NCBI GenBank assembly: GCA_964581055.1 | Contig: CAZOMJ010000045.1 | Coordinates: 581 to 64,580 of the forward strand | Length of the DNA stretch: 64,000 nt | DNA from: an uncultured Candidatus Kuenenia sp. | GTDB lineage: Bacteria > Planctomycetota > Planctomycetia > Pirellulales > UBA1268 | Direction of reading: 5' to 3' | In this document: in pieces, positions 1-10,730 of the stretch | Layout: every line of letters begins with the position of its first letter | Numbering within the stretch: the first letter of the stretch is position 1 | The notes under the pieces: model-generated | Database searches by the model: none | What the model saw: the letters and a program-made list of their open reading frames with translations, nothing else | Told to the model about the DNA's origin: nothing | Position numbers and translations under genes: made by a program

Positions 1-1679
1 CCCCAGGATGGCTGGAGGTCCGCCGAACGGTCCCCTGTCCGCCGCCGCTGGTGTCGGTCATCATTCCCACCCGCGACCGGGCCGATGTCCTGGGAAAATG
101 CCTCGGCGGACTGTTGGTGGCCACCGATTATCCCGCCCTGGAAGTGATCGTCGCCGACAACGACAGCTGCGAACCGGAGACGTTCCGCCTCTTCGACCGA
201 CTCGCCTCCGACCCGAGGGTGCGGATCCTGCCCTGCCCTGGACCCTTCAATTACTCGGCGATCAACAACAAGGCTATCGCCCAGTCGCGGGGCGAGATCC
301 TGCTCTTGCTCAATAACGACGTCCTGATCCGCCACGCCGACTGGCTCACGAATATGGTCGCGCAGGCATTAAGGCCCGAGGTGGGGGCGGTGGGAGCCCG
401 GCTGCTCTATGAAAACGGCACGATCCAGCACGCCGGCGTGATCCTGGGCGTGGGGGCGATCGAGCCGGTGGCGGGCCACGTCTACGAACGGGTGGCCGCC
501 GATGCCCCCGGTCATCTCAACCATCTGCGGATCGCCCGCAACATGTCGGCCGTCACTGCGGCCTGCCTGGCAATGCGTCGGACGGTCTTCGACGAGGTCG
601 GCGGGTTTGACGAGAAACACCTGCCGGTGGCCTTCAACGACGTCGACCTCTGCCTGAAGGTGGGCCAGCGCGGCTACCAGATCATCTGCACGCCACAGGC
701 GGAACTGACCCATCTGGAATCGATCTCACGCGGGTCGGACCTCAGGCCCGAGGCCATCGAACGCTTCAAACGCGACATCGCACACATGAAGCAACGCTGG
801 GGCAGGCAGATCGAGAGCGATCCCCACTACGGCCCCAATTTTCACAAGGTGGTGGTCGACTACAGCCTGGCCTTCCCGCCAAGCCGCAAGAAGACCTGGC
901 TTCGCGAAGAGGTGACCGCGTTCGCACCCCCGGCCGAAGTCAAAACGCCGGCCCCCATCCCGGCAGTGCACAGCGAAGGCACATCCGCACCGCAACGCTA
1001 TGCGATCATGCACATCCCCAAGACTGCCGGCACCACGCTCCGAACGATCCTGAGTGCGGCATTCCCGATGGATGTCTTTCCCTCGCAGAACGATCTGAGT
1101 GCGAACGCAGGCCTGTATCTTCCGTTCTCCGAATTACGAAAGCAACGGGAGAGGATCGCTGCACGACGGTTCATCATGGGGCACTACACCCTGCCCCAGC
1201 TGCGAGAACTGTTCCCAGAACGGGACATTATCACCTGCCTGCGTGAGCCCTTCGCAAGGACGGTATCGGTCATCAAGCATTTTTCCGACGTGGATGGCAC
1301 TCCGCCACATGAACTGCTGACGAACGTACGTTTCCTCGAGCAACAGGTCATCAACAACCAGCTCCGTTTTCTGACACCGGGCCGGCATGCCAAATGGACC
1401 GTCGAGTATTCCGAATCCCTGGTTGACCAGGCACTGCAGAGCCTCGAGCGAGTGAAGATCGTGGGAATCCAGGAGCGGTTTCCCCAGTTCATCGCTCATG
1501 TCGCCGCTGAACTGCAGTTTCCGTCACATACCAATTGCGACCGGCGAGAAAACGTAAGCTCGGCCGACATCAACGATCAACTGGCCCCCTTCACCGACCA
1601 GATTCACGAATTGATTGCGGGAGATCTGGAACTCTACCGGCAGGTGTGCCTTCGGGCAGGAAGCCAGCAGGTGCCATGA
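1..1679 (+). CDS. Glycosyltransferase family 2 domain fused to a C-terminal sulfotransferase-like domain. The 5' end is probably cut by the window edge.
   Basis: The frame of ORF 51..1679 stays open back to nt 3 (..PPPLVSVIIPTRDR), so the start is likely upstream. GT2 hallmarks: VIIPTRDR, VADNDS, LLLNNDVL, FNDVDLCLK. After a Pro-rich linker comes MHIPKTAGTTLRTIL, which resembles the PAPS-binding motif of sulfotransferase family 2. Confidence 0.7.
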   Translation, partial: PGWLEVRRTVPCPPPLVSVIIPTRDRADVLGKCLGGLLVATDYPALEVIVADNDSCEPETFRLFDRLASDPRVRILPCPGPFNYSAINNKAIAQSRGEILLLLNNDVLIRHADWLTNMVAQALRPEVGAVGARLLYENGTIQHAGVILGVGAIEPVAGHVYERVAADAPGHLNHLRIARNMSAVTAACLAMRRTVFDEVGGFDEKHLPVAFNDVDLCLKVGQRGYQIICTPQAELTHLESISRGSDLRPEAIERFKRDIAHMKQRWGRQIESDPHYGPNFHKVVVDYSLAFPPSRKKTWLREEVTAFAPPAEVKTPAPIPAVHSEGTSAPQRYAIMHIPKTAGTTLRTILSAAFPMDVFPSQNDLSANAGLYLPFSELRKQRERIAARRFIMGHYTLPQLRELFPERDIITCLREPFARTVSVIKHFSDVDGTPPHELLTNVRFLEQQVINNQLRFLTPGRHAKWTVEYSESLVDQALQSLERVKIVGIQERFPQFIAHVAAELQFPSHTNCDRRENVSSADINDQLAPFTDQIHELIAGDLELYRQVCLRAGSQQVP

Positions 1680-2632
1680 CAACCTCCCCTCAGACTTCCG
1701 AACTGGTCGCCACCACGGACGAGCCCGTCGACATCTCCGTCGTCATCCCGGCATACCACGGCGCCGCCACGATCGCCGCCTGCCTCGCCTCGGTGCAGCG
1801 GGCCACGGAGGGGCGTCGTGCGGAGATCATCGTCGTCGAGAGTTCGGGCGACCGCTGCGGCGAGATCGTGCGTGAGCAATTTCCGGAAGTGAAACTCGTT
1901 CTCTCGCCCGCCCGGCTCTCGGCGGGCGCCGCCCGCAATCGCGGCGTCGCGATGGCACGGGGGAGAATCTTGTTTTTCGTCGACCAGGATTGCGTGGTGC
2001 CTCACGACTGGATCGCCGCCCTAGAAAAGCACTTCGCAGATTCTGCCATCGGGGGCGTCGGGGGATCGCTTGGGATTCTCAATCCTGAATGCCTGACCGG
2101 CTGCGGCGTCTATTTCCTCGAATTCTTCCGGCACTTCCCCCATGATGGACCGCCGCAATGGAATCGGAATTTTCTGCTCGGCTGTAACAGCGCCTACCGG
2201 CCCGAGTTGCTCCGCGACGGCGGGTTCCCCGATCAGACGCTCGGTGAGGACGTGCTGCTGTCACATCAGATGCGGCAGCATGGCTTCAAGCTTGTCTACG
2301 ATCCCAGAGTGGAGGTGTTGCACCGCAACCGAGAGGGCCGCGAGCAGTTCTTTCGATACAACACGAAGATGGGATCCGCCTCCGCCGCAGACCAGTTGAT
2401 CCTGAATCGCCCCAGATCGTGGCTGTTTTTGCGATTTCCCATCCTCGCCTTCCTGACGCCCGTCATCGTCCTGCCACTGATCTTCGTCCGTCTGCTGCGC
2501 TGCAGCAACAGAAGATATCTCCCAACCTTTCTGTTGCTCCTGCCGCTCTGCCTAGCGGGGAACCTCGTCTGGTCCGCCGCCTTTCGCCGAGAGGTCTTGG
2601 AGTCGCGCCGGCGGGGTTCACTGAGTTCGTGA
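1676..2632 (+). CDS. Glycosyltransferase family 2 with C-terminal transmembrane helices
   Basis: The internal ATG at 1676 overlaps the upstream stop (ATGA). Motifs: ISVVIPAYHGAATIAACLASV, FFVDQDC. The C-terminus is hydrophobic (FLRFPILAFLTPVIVLPLIFV, LLLLPLCLAGNLVW). Confidence 0.75.
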   Translation: MTTSPQTSELVATTDEPVDISVVIPAYHGAATIAACLASVQRATEGRRAEIIVVESSGDRCGEIVREQFPEVKLVLSPARLSAGAARNRGVAMARGRILFFVDQDCVVPHDWIAALEKHFADSAIGGVGGSLGILNPECLTGCGVYFLEFFRHFPHDGPPQWNRNFLLGCNSAYRPELLRDGGFPDQTLGEDVLLSHQMRQHGFKLVYDPRVEVLHRNREGREQFFRYNTKMGSASAADQLILNRPRSWLFLRFPILAFLTPVIVLPLIFVRLLRCSNRRYLPTFLLLLPLCLAGNLVWSAAFRREVLESRRRGSLSS

Positions 2633-3670
2633 GCGTCGTCGGCTCTTTGGCCAGCAGCGATGGTCCATGATCCGCCAGATATCGAGGCACGTCGCCCGAC
2701 GCATGGCCTGCACGGCCCGACGCTTGCTCAGGAATTTCGGCAGGCCCACGAGGGCATGCCACTTGGCCGCCACGACCGCAGCCCCACTGCCCCGCAGCGT
2801 GAATAGGCCCAGATCGTAGAGCAGCAGGGCGATGTGCCCCGGTAGAAGCAGCAGCACAAGCGGGAAGGGGATGTTCTTGACGAAGCACCAAACGAGATTG
2901 CGATGCCCGTGATAGACCGCGAAGGTGCTCCTGCGACCACCCGCTGAAGCGAAGCTCACGTGAGACACGCCCGCGGCAGCCACTGCCCGCGCGGCATGCC
3001 CCGCCAGCCGCAGACGGAAGCCCAGGTCGACGTCCTCGAAGTAGCAGAAAAAATCCTCGTCGAAGCCTCCCACCTCGAGGAACGCCTGCCGGCGATAGAG
3101 CGCCGCAGCGGCACACGCCGAGAAGATCTCCGCGTCTGGCTCGTAGCGGTCGCCATGCGTTTTTTCATGGCCGTCCCGCCAGGCGACACCGCTGATGTGG
3201 TAGACATCGCCCACGCCGTCGAGCAGGCCGGGCCGGCCGTCGAGCCGCTGCCATGATCCGAAGGACGCCGCCTCCGGATACTGCCGTGCAGCGGCCACCA
3301 GCGCCGTCAACCAGCCCCGATCGGGAAACGCGTCGGGATTGAGCAGGGCCACGAATTCGGTCGTGCAGCCTTCGACAGCGCGGTTGTTTGCCACCGCAAA
3401 CCCGGCGTTGACGGCGGAGTCGATCTGCTCGAGCCGTGCCGTCAACCTCCCATCCCTCGCCACCCACTCCCTGGCAGCGGCCGCCGACCCATCGGTGCTG
3501 CAGTTGTCGACCAGCACGATCCGCTCGGGCGGCGTCTCCTGCTCCGCGAGGCAGGACAGACAACGCAGCAGGTGCTCGCCGCCGTTGAAATTGACGATGA
3601 TGACTGTCACCGGTGCTGAAGGACTGACAGACATCGATACTCTCGAACGGGAGGAACCGCAGGCTCCCAT
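2618..3670 (-). CDS. Glycosyltransferase family 2 (rhamnosyltransferase-like)
   Basis: Motifs: VTVIIVNFNGGEHLLRCLSCL, VLVDNCSTDGS, FFCYFEDVDLGFR. Hydrophobic C-terminal segment. An alternative start is M13 at 3634. Confidence 0.75.
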   Translation of the reverse strand: MGACGSSRSRVSMSVSPSAPVTVIIVNFNGGEHLLRCLSCLAEQETPPERIVLVDNCSTDGSAAAAREWVARDGRLTARLEQIDSAVNAGFAVANNRAVEGCTTEFVALLNPDAFPDRGWLTALVAAARQYPEAASFGSWQRLDGRPGLLDGVGDVYHISGVAWRDGHEKTHGDRYEPDAEIFSACAAAALYRRQAFLEVGGFDEDFFCYFEDVDLGFRLRLAGHAARAVAAAGVSHVSFASAGGRRSTFAVYHGHRNLVWCFVKNIPFPLVLLLLPGHIALLLYDLGLFTLRGSGAAVVAAKWHALVGLPKFLSKRRAVQAMRRATCLDIWRIMDHRCWPKSRRRSRTQ

Positions 3671-3774
3671 AGTACCCTCACCCGCAAAAAGCCGCCCGCG
3701 GCGCTCCGGCTGCCTGCCACCTGGCGCGTGGCATATCCTTTCCCCGCTTGGCGGGCCCGAGTAGGATCGGACTT

Positions 3775-4116
3775 ATGTTCGAACATCGCACCGCCCCGCT
3801 TCTCCCAAGGCACCATTTTCTCCTCCGCGTGCTGATCTATTCAGCTCTGGCAACATTGCTGGTGGGGGTTGCCCTGGGGATTGGCGTGCTGGGCTACCAC
3901 CACCTGGGCGGCCTGCCGTGGATCGATGCCCTCGTGAACGCATCCATGATCCTCGGCGGCATGGGGCCCGTGGATCCAATCGCCTCGAATGCCGGGAAGC
4001 TGTTCGCCTCGTTCTACGCGCTCTTTTCCGGGCTGCTCTTCATCGGTGCGGCCTCGCTCGTGCTGGCCCCGTTCGTGCATCGTGTCATGCACAAGCTCCA
4101 TCTCGACGACGAGTGA
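3775..4116 (+). CDS. Small two-TM membrane protein with potassium-channel-like pore topology and a degenerate selectivity filter
   Basis: ATG at 3775 is preceded by AGGA about 10 nt upstream. Layout is TM1 (LIYSALATLLVGVALGIGVLGY), a re-entrant segment WIDALVNASMILGGMGPVDP, then TM2 (GKLFASFYALFSGLLFIGAASLVLAPF). This parallels the pore helix, filter and inner helix of 2TM channels. Confidence 0.5.
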   Translation: MFEHRTAPLLPRHHFLLRVLIYSALATLLVGVALGIGVLGYHHLGGLPWIDALVNASMILGGMGPVDPIASNAGKLFASFYALFSGLLFIGAASLVLAPFVHRVMHKLHLDDE

Positions 4117-4138
4117 TCGACGCGCTTCCTGTTTTTCA

Positions 4139-5134
4139 ATGGTACTCGCGATGAACACCCGCCCGCCCCTGCTCCATCTGATCACAGCGCTGGCATGCCT
4201 CGCCGCGGCATGTCTTGTGACGCTGCCCATAAATGCCGCGGACGATCTGCCGGCTCGTGCCGTGTCGCCGGCCGGCAACGCATCCGTCGTATTCGTCGGC
4301 GACATCATGCTCGACGGAGGCCCCGGCCACGCGATCGCGTCTGGCCGAGATCCCTTCGCCGCCTGCGCCGCCCTGCTCATGGACGCCGACTTCACCATCG
4401 GCAACCTCGAGTGCGTGCTTGGAAAGGGCGGAAAACGGGTGCTCAAGCCCTACTCTTTCCGTGCCGCCGCCGGCTCTCCGCCGTTGATCAACCGGTATTT
4501 TTCGGCGGTCTCGGTGGCGAACAACCACAGCCTCGACTTCGGCCCCGAGGGGCTCGTCGAGATGCTGGCGATTCTCGACCGCGAGGGCATCCCGCAGGTC
4601 GGCGGTGGAGCAACGCCTGAAGAGGCCCGTCGTCCACTCTTCCTCACGAAGAAGGGAGAGCCGGACGGCATCCGCATCGCCCTGCTGGCAGCCAACGGCT
4701 TTCGGGCCGATGCCTACGCTCCGACCGAGTCCACAGCGGGCGTGGCACCGCTGCACGAGGCGGAGATCCTCGCAGACATCGCAGCCGCGAGGAGACAGGC
4801 GGATGTGGTGGTGCCCTTCGTGCACTGGGGCCCCGAACTCGTGGCGCAGCCCCGCGACGCCGACATGACGCTCGCGCGGAAGATGGTCGACGCGGGCGCC
4901 AGCGCCGTGATCGGCAGCCATCCGCACGTCACGCAGACGGTCGACCTGCACCGCGGGGCGCCGATCATCTACAGCCTCGGCAACTTCGTCTTCGACTACT
5001 TTCCGGTCGATCCGCCGGAGTGGACGGGCTGGGTCGTGAAGCTCACGTTTTCGAAGAGCCAGCCAGTGTCCCTCGAGACCCATGCCGTCGTGATCGACCC
5101 GGCCGGCCTGCCCAGCCCGGTGCGCGAGGAATAG
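4139..5134 (+). CDS. CapA-family (PGA_cap) metallophosphatase-like protein, secreted
   Basis: Signal-like N-terminus MVLAMNTRPPLLHLITALACLAAACL from the internal ATG at 4139. Motifs: VVFVGDIMLDGG, ANNHSLDFG, VPFVHWGPE, GSHPHVTQ. Confidence 0.75.
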   Translation: MVLAMNTRPPLLHLITALACLAAACLVTLPINAADDLPARAVSPAGNASVVFVGDIMLDGGPGHAIASGRDPFAACAALLMDADFTIGNLECVLGKGGKRVLKPYSFRAAAGSPPLINRYFSAVSVANNHSLDFGPEGLVEMLAILDREGIPQVGGGATPEEARRPLFLTKKGEPDGIRIALLAANGFRADAYAPTESTAGVAPLHEAEILADIAAARRQADVVVPFVHWGPELVAQPRDADMTLARKMVDAGASAVIGSHPHVTQTVDLHRGAPIIYSLGNFVFDYFPVDPPEWTGWVVKLTFSKSQPVSLETHAVVIDPAGLPSPVREE

Positions 5135-5154
5135 TCCGCCCCGGTCGCCAGATC

Positions 5155-5928
5155 CTACCCGCCGGCTGCCACCCGGGCGGCTGATTCAAGCTGCAACTCG
5201 GAGAGCGCATTGGAGGCGGCACGCTGCTCCGCCTCCTTCTTGTTGCGGCCCCACGCGGGCGGATACCGCCGCGGGCCGATCTGGGCCGACACGTGAAAAC
5301 TCTTGCTGTGATCGGGCCCCGCCTCCTCCACCACCTCGTAGGTGGGCGTCACGCCGTAATCCCGCTGTGACAATTGCTGCAGGAGCGACTTGTGATTCAG
5401 CCCCTGCTCGCCCGAGGCCACCTTCACGATCTCCGGCTCGAGCATCCGCGCCACGAGGGCCCGCACCGGCTCGAGGCCGCCGTCGAGGTACATCGCGGCC
5501 ACCAGCGATTCAAAGAGGTCCGACAGCACCGACGCCGGCACCGGACGGTTGAGCGCCAGCCCCTTGCCGACGATGAGAAAGTCGATCAACTGCAGCCGCT
5601 CCGTGATCCGGCCACACGTCTCCCGGCTCACCACGACCGACTTGATACGGGTCAGATCTCCCTCCAGCGAATCGGGAAAGAGCTGATAGAGCGTCTCGCA
5701 GACGATGAATCCCAGGATGGCGTCGCCCAGGAATTCCAGCCGCTCGTTGGACGCCAGCCGATGCTGGGCCCCCGAGGCGTGCGTGAAGGCCGCGACCAGC
5801 AGCGATGGATCGCGAAACTCGTAGTTGATGCGACGCTGGCACTCCGCGATATCGATGCCGCCTTCGGGTCTGTCGCCCCGCTGGTGTTCTTTCGGCTGTT
5901 GCTGGTCCGTTCGATTCATGCCATTCAT
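5155..5928 (-). CDS. rnc: Ribonuclease III
   Basis: RNase III signature ERLEFLGDAILG. C-terminal dsRBD-like region (GPDHSKSFHV..GRNKKEAEQRAASNAL). Confidence 0.9.
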   Translation of the reverse strand: MNGMNRTDQQQPKEHQRGDRPEGGIDIAECQRRINYEFRDPSLLVAAFTHASGAQHRLASNERLEFLGDAILGFIVCETLYQLFPDSLEGDLTRIKSVVVSRETCGRITERLQLIDFLIVGKGLALNRPVPASVLSDLFESLVAAMYLDGGLEPVRALVARMLEPEIVKVASGEQGLNHKSLLQQLSQRDYGVTPTYEVVEEAGPDHSKSFHVSAQIGPRRYPPAWGRNKKEAEQRAASNALSELQLESAARVAAGG

Positions 5929-6178
5929 ACCGTGCCCGCGTTCCTGCCACTGGCCAAAGGTACGTCCCCTCGCGCTGGCCTGTCAACGCAACACCCCGCT
6001 AAACCCGGGCAAAAATGCGATTCAAGCCGTCTGGCGAACCAGCAGCGGGCAGGCCGCGTAGAGACCTTCGAGACACGCGATGAAGCCGGTGCCAGCGAGG
6101 CAGCCGGCATGGATGCGTTTGCAGCCGCGAGTCGCCGGGCATGGCGACTGCGGCCTCCGCAACAGATGGTTGCGCGCC

Positions 6179-6184
6179 TATAAT
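6179..6184 (+). promoter_or_regulatory. Possible -10 box (TATAAT) upstream of the HtrA-family gene
   Basis: A perfect TATAAT lies 35 nt upstream of the ATG at 6219 in an otherwise GC-rich spacer. I found no convincing -35 box at canonical spacing. Confidence 0.25.
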
Positions 6185-6218
6185 CGAAGCGAAAATCACC
6201 CAGAAAGGCTGAGTCTCT

Positions 6219-7796
<1,578 letters not shown>

Positions 7797-7832
7797 CTAT
7801 CGGTCTGCTGAGTCCGTCGATAGAGTAGCCGC

Positions 7833-8543
7833 ATGGCAACGCTTGGCGTCAACATCGATCACGTGGCCACGATCCGGCAGGCCCGCCGCACGGTCGAACC
7901 CGACCCGGTGTGGGCGGCTGCATTGGCCGAACTCGGCGGTGCCGATGCCATCACGGTTCACCTCCGTGAGGACCGTCGTCACATCCAGGATCGCGACCTC
8001 GAGGTGCTGAGGTCCACCGTGCAGGTGAAGCTCAACCTCGAGGCCGCGATCGCGCCGGCGATGATCGACATCGCCTGCCGGGTGCGGCCCGACCAGGTGA
8101 CGCTCGTTCCGGAGAAGCGCGAGGAAGTGACCACGGAGGGTGGCCTCGACGTGGTCACTCACCGGGCGGCGACGGCGGAGGCGGTCCGCCGGCTGCACGA
8201 GGCGGGCATCGCGGTATCGCTGTTCCTCGATCCGTGCCCGCGACAGATCGATGCCGCGGTCGACCTCGGCGTCGCGGCGGTGGAACTGCATACGGGCTGC
8301 TACGCCAACGCCGTGACCGACGCCGATCGACATGCCCAACTCGTGGAGCTATCCCGCGCTGGGGGAATGATCCGGCAGGCGAAGCTCGCACTCAACGCCG
8401 GTCACGGCCTCACCTACCGCAACGTCGTGCCGGTGGCCCGCCTCGAAGGGATGGGCGAGCTCAACATCGGCCACTCGATCGTGTCGCGAGCCGTGCTCGT
8501 CGGCTTCTCACAGGCCGTTCGCGAGATGAAGGCGCTGCTGTAG
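7833..8543 (+). CDS. pdxJ: Pyridoxine 5'-phosphate synthase
   Basis: N-terminus [15 protein letters not shown], then [33 protein letters not shown]. The length of 236 aa is typical. Confidence 0.9.
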   Translation: MATLGVNIDHVATIRQARRTVEPDPVWAAALAELGGADAITVHLREDRRHIQDRDLEVLRSTVQVKLNLEAAIAPAMIDIACRVRPDQVTLVPEKREEVTTEGGLDVVTHRAATAEAVRRLHEAGIAVSLFLDPCPRQIDAAVDLGVAAVELHTGCYANAVTDADRHAQLVELSRAGGMIRQAKLALNAGHGLTYRNVVPVARLEGMGELNIGHSIVSRAVLVGFSQAVREMKALL

Positions 8544-8801
8544 GGAGTGTGGCTTCACCGCCATCCGGCACGGGCAGTTGCAAAGTCACCCGCATTGGTT
8601 CGCCGGCTGCGGCATGCTCGTCGCCGGCGGATTCTGCTACAGGATGCGATTGGACGAATCGTACATCGCTCGTGAGTCGCAGAATGCCGGAGCGGAGGCG
8701 ATCTGGCTAGCGCAGTCAGCATCGAGTGAGCGAAGGCAGGATACGAAAGCGAACGTCCGGCGACGGGGCACGGGCAGCCCCGAACCGTCGCCAGCAGCCT
8801 T

Positions 8802-10568
8802 CTACCGCCGCGTGAAGGCTACAGGGTCGTCGAGCACGAAGAGGTGGCCATGGTCGGCGGTCACGATCACAACCGAGTCTTTCCAGGCGTCGTGCCGCTC
8901 GATCCACTTCACCACCGCCTGAAACGCTGCGTCGCCGCTCTTCACGGCGCCGATCGCCGCGTCGATGTCGTTGGCATGCGACGCCCAGTCGACGTCGCCC
9001 GCCTCCACCATCAGCCAGAAGTTGCCCCGGCTGTGCAACACGTCCAGAGCCGCGCGGGTCATGTCGGCCAGCGTCGGATTCTCGGTGAGATCGGCCTCTG
9101 AGTAGGGCTTGATCGGACAGTATTTTTTGCGAAGCCTGTCGGCCGTCGCCGCCTGCTCAGGCCGGCAGCCAACGGGATCGAAATCCCCGTCGGCCGTCTG
9201 GTAGGGCAGGTTGCCCTCGGCCACGCCGAAGAAGCCGAAGAGACGGAGATTCCGCTTGATGGCGTCCTCGGCCGCGCCGGCCAGCACCTCGTCGCCGGCC
9301 TGGCCGAAGGTGCGGAGCGCGAGCCGATAGTGCCCCCCCTTTCTCGCGTCGATCGCGGCGAGCGTCGAATCGGCCACGTATTTTCCTCCCGGCTCGAAAT
9401 TCATCCCCTGATCCATGTCGCTCACCCGGTCCCCCCGCACGCCGAAGCCCGCGCCAATCAGCACGTCGAGCCCGGCGAGCGGCTCCGTGCGGTGGGCGAT
9501 CGAGGGCTGGCCGAGCATGTCACGGGCGATGTCCTGGTAGTCGTCCCGCGTGACATTGTTGGCATAGCTGCAGGCGGGCGTCGCATGCGACACCGGCACG
9601 CTCGTTACCGCCCCCACCGCATAGCCCCGGGCCTGGAGCGTGCGGGCGATCGGCTCGATGTGGCGGCCGGCGACGTCGACGTTGATGGCGTCGTTGTAGG
9701 TCTTGCGACCGGTGCACAGCGACGTGGCCGAGGCGGCCGAATCGGTGACGGCATGCGGCCGGCTGCGGTCGCGGCCGATCAGGTAGCGGAGGTCCGGGAG
9801 CGGCGCCCAGGGGGCCTGGCCACCGCGGCGTTGGTCATACCCGCCCGGCGTCTCTCCGCCGGGATTCTTCACGGCCTGGGCGTCGACATCGACCTTCGTG
9901 CCGTCGTTGGCCGGGCTCGTGACACAGAAACCGAAATCGGTCGGCACGCCGCGGTAGTCCTGGAACGAAAATCCCGTGCCGCGGCCGGCGTCGTAGTCCA
10001 CACTGCCACGAGCGGCGATCGCGGCCGTCCGGGTGGTCGTCCAGTCCATCCCATCGAAGACCACCAGCACGATGTATTTTTTGCCCGCATCGGCTGCCAT
10101 GAGTTGAAGCCGGTGGATATCGGTCTGATCGAAGTAGTCGGCCCCGGGGTTGAGCGTGTCATCGGGCAGCCGGCCATACAGGCTTTTCAACCGGTCAGCA
10201 TCGCGATAGGCGCTGCGCGGCCCCGCCACGGCGTCGAGCAGCGTGCCGAACGTGTAGACGGGAATCAGCCGGTTGGAGTGGTTCGACCAGGAGATGAAGC
10301 GGTCGGGCTGGTCGCCCCAATGCCCCCACGCAGCCTTTCCCGTCGCCTCGGCCTCGGCCTCCATCGCCCTGATCGGATCGGCGGCCGCGGCGGGTGCCAC
10401 CGGTGCCTGAAGCTGCTGGCCGTGGCTGCTGGCGGCCGCCAGTCCAAGCACAATCACCAGCGCAGGAACTGCGCACGGTTGCCACAAGACCGGGCCATGC
10501 GATCCCCGCCGATCGTTCGTTTTTATGCTCATGAACCTCATGATACCCGCATCAAACGAGGTTCTCAT
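8802..10568 (-). CDS. Alkaline phosphatase (PhoA family), secreted
   Basis: Active-site pattern VTDSAASATSLCTGRKT. C-terminal metal-binding region VIVTADHGH. Signal-like AVPALVIVLGLAAASSHG. Alternative starts lie at 10541 and 10532. Confidence 0.8.
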   Translation of the reverse strand: MRTSFDAGIMRFMSIKTNDRRGSHGPVLWQPCAVPALVIVLGLAAASSHGQQLQAPVAPAAAADPIRAMEAEAEATGKAAWGHWGDQPDRFISWSNHSNRLIPVYTFGTLLDAVAGPRSAYRDADRLKSLYGRLPDDTLNPGADYFDQTDIHRLQLMAADAGKKYIVLVVFDGMDWTTTRTAAIAARGSVDYDAGRGTGFSFQDYRGVPTDFGFCVTSPANDGTKVDVDAQAVKNPGGETPGGYDQRRGGQAPWAPLPDLRYLIGRDRSRPHAVTDSAASATSLCTGRKTYNDAINVDVAGRHIEPIARTLQARGYAVGAVTSVPVSHATPACSYANNVTRDDYQDIARDMLGQPSIAHRTEPLAGLDVLIGAGFGVRGDRVSDMDQGMNFEPGGKYVADSTLAAIDARKGGHYRLALRTFGQAGDEVLAGAAEDAIKRNLRLFGFFGVAEGNLPYQTADGDFDPVGCRPEQAATADRLRKKYCPIKPYSEADLTENPTLADMTRAALDVLHSRGNFWLMVEAGDVDWASHANDIDAAIGAVKSGDAAFQAVVKWIERHDAWKDSVVIVTADHGHLFVLDDPVAFTRR

Positions 10569-10730
10569 CGCGCCGATAGTTTTTAAATCGCCGCTGGCGC
10601 ACGATTTGCACCGTGATGACCCCTCGAGAATGCCCGCTGGCGACAGTCATCCTTCAAACGCTCGCGATCGATTTGTACATTACTGCCGCCCGCGATCACC
10701 TCCGCCTGCCCTGCACCAAAAGGCTTTCCC

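Noticed and set aside
8544-8801. 258-nt convergent spacer after pdxJ, checked for a tRNA, small RNA or terminator
   Set aside because: I found no cloverleaf elements, no strong hairpin with a T-run and no repeat-family copy. I cannot support any feature here.
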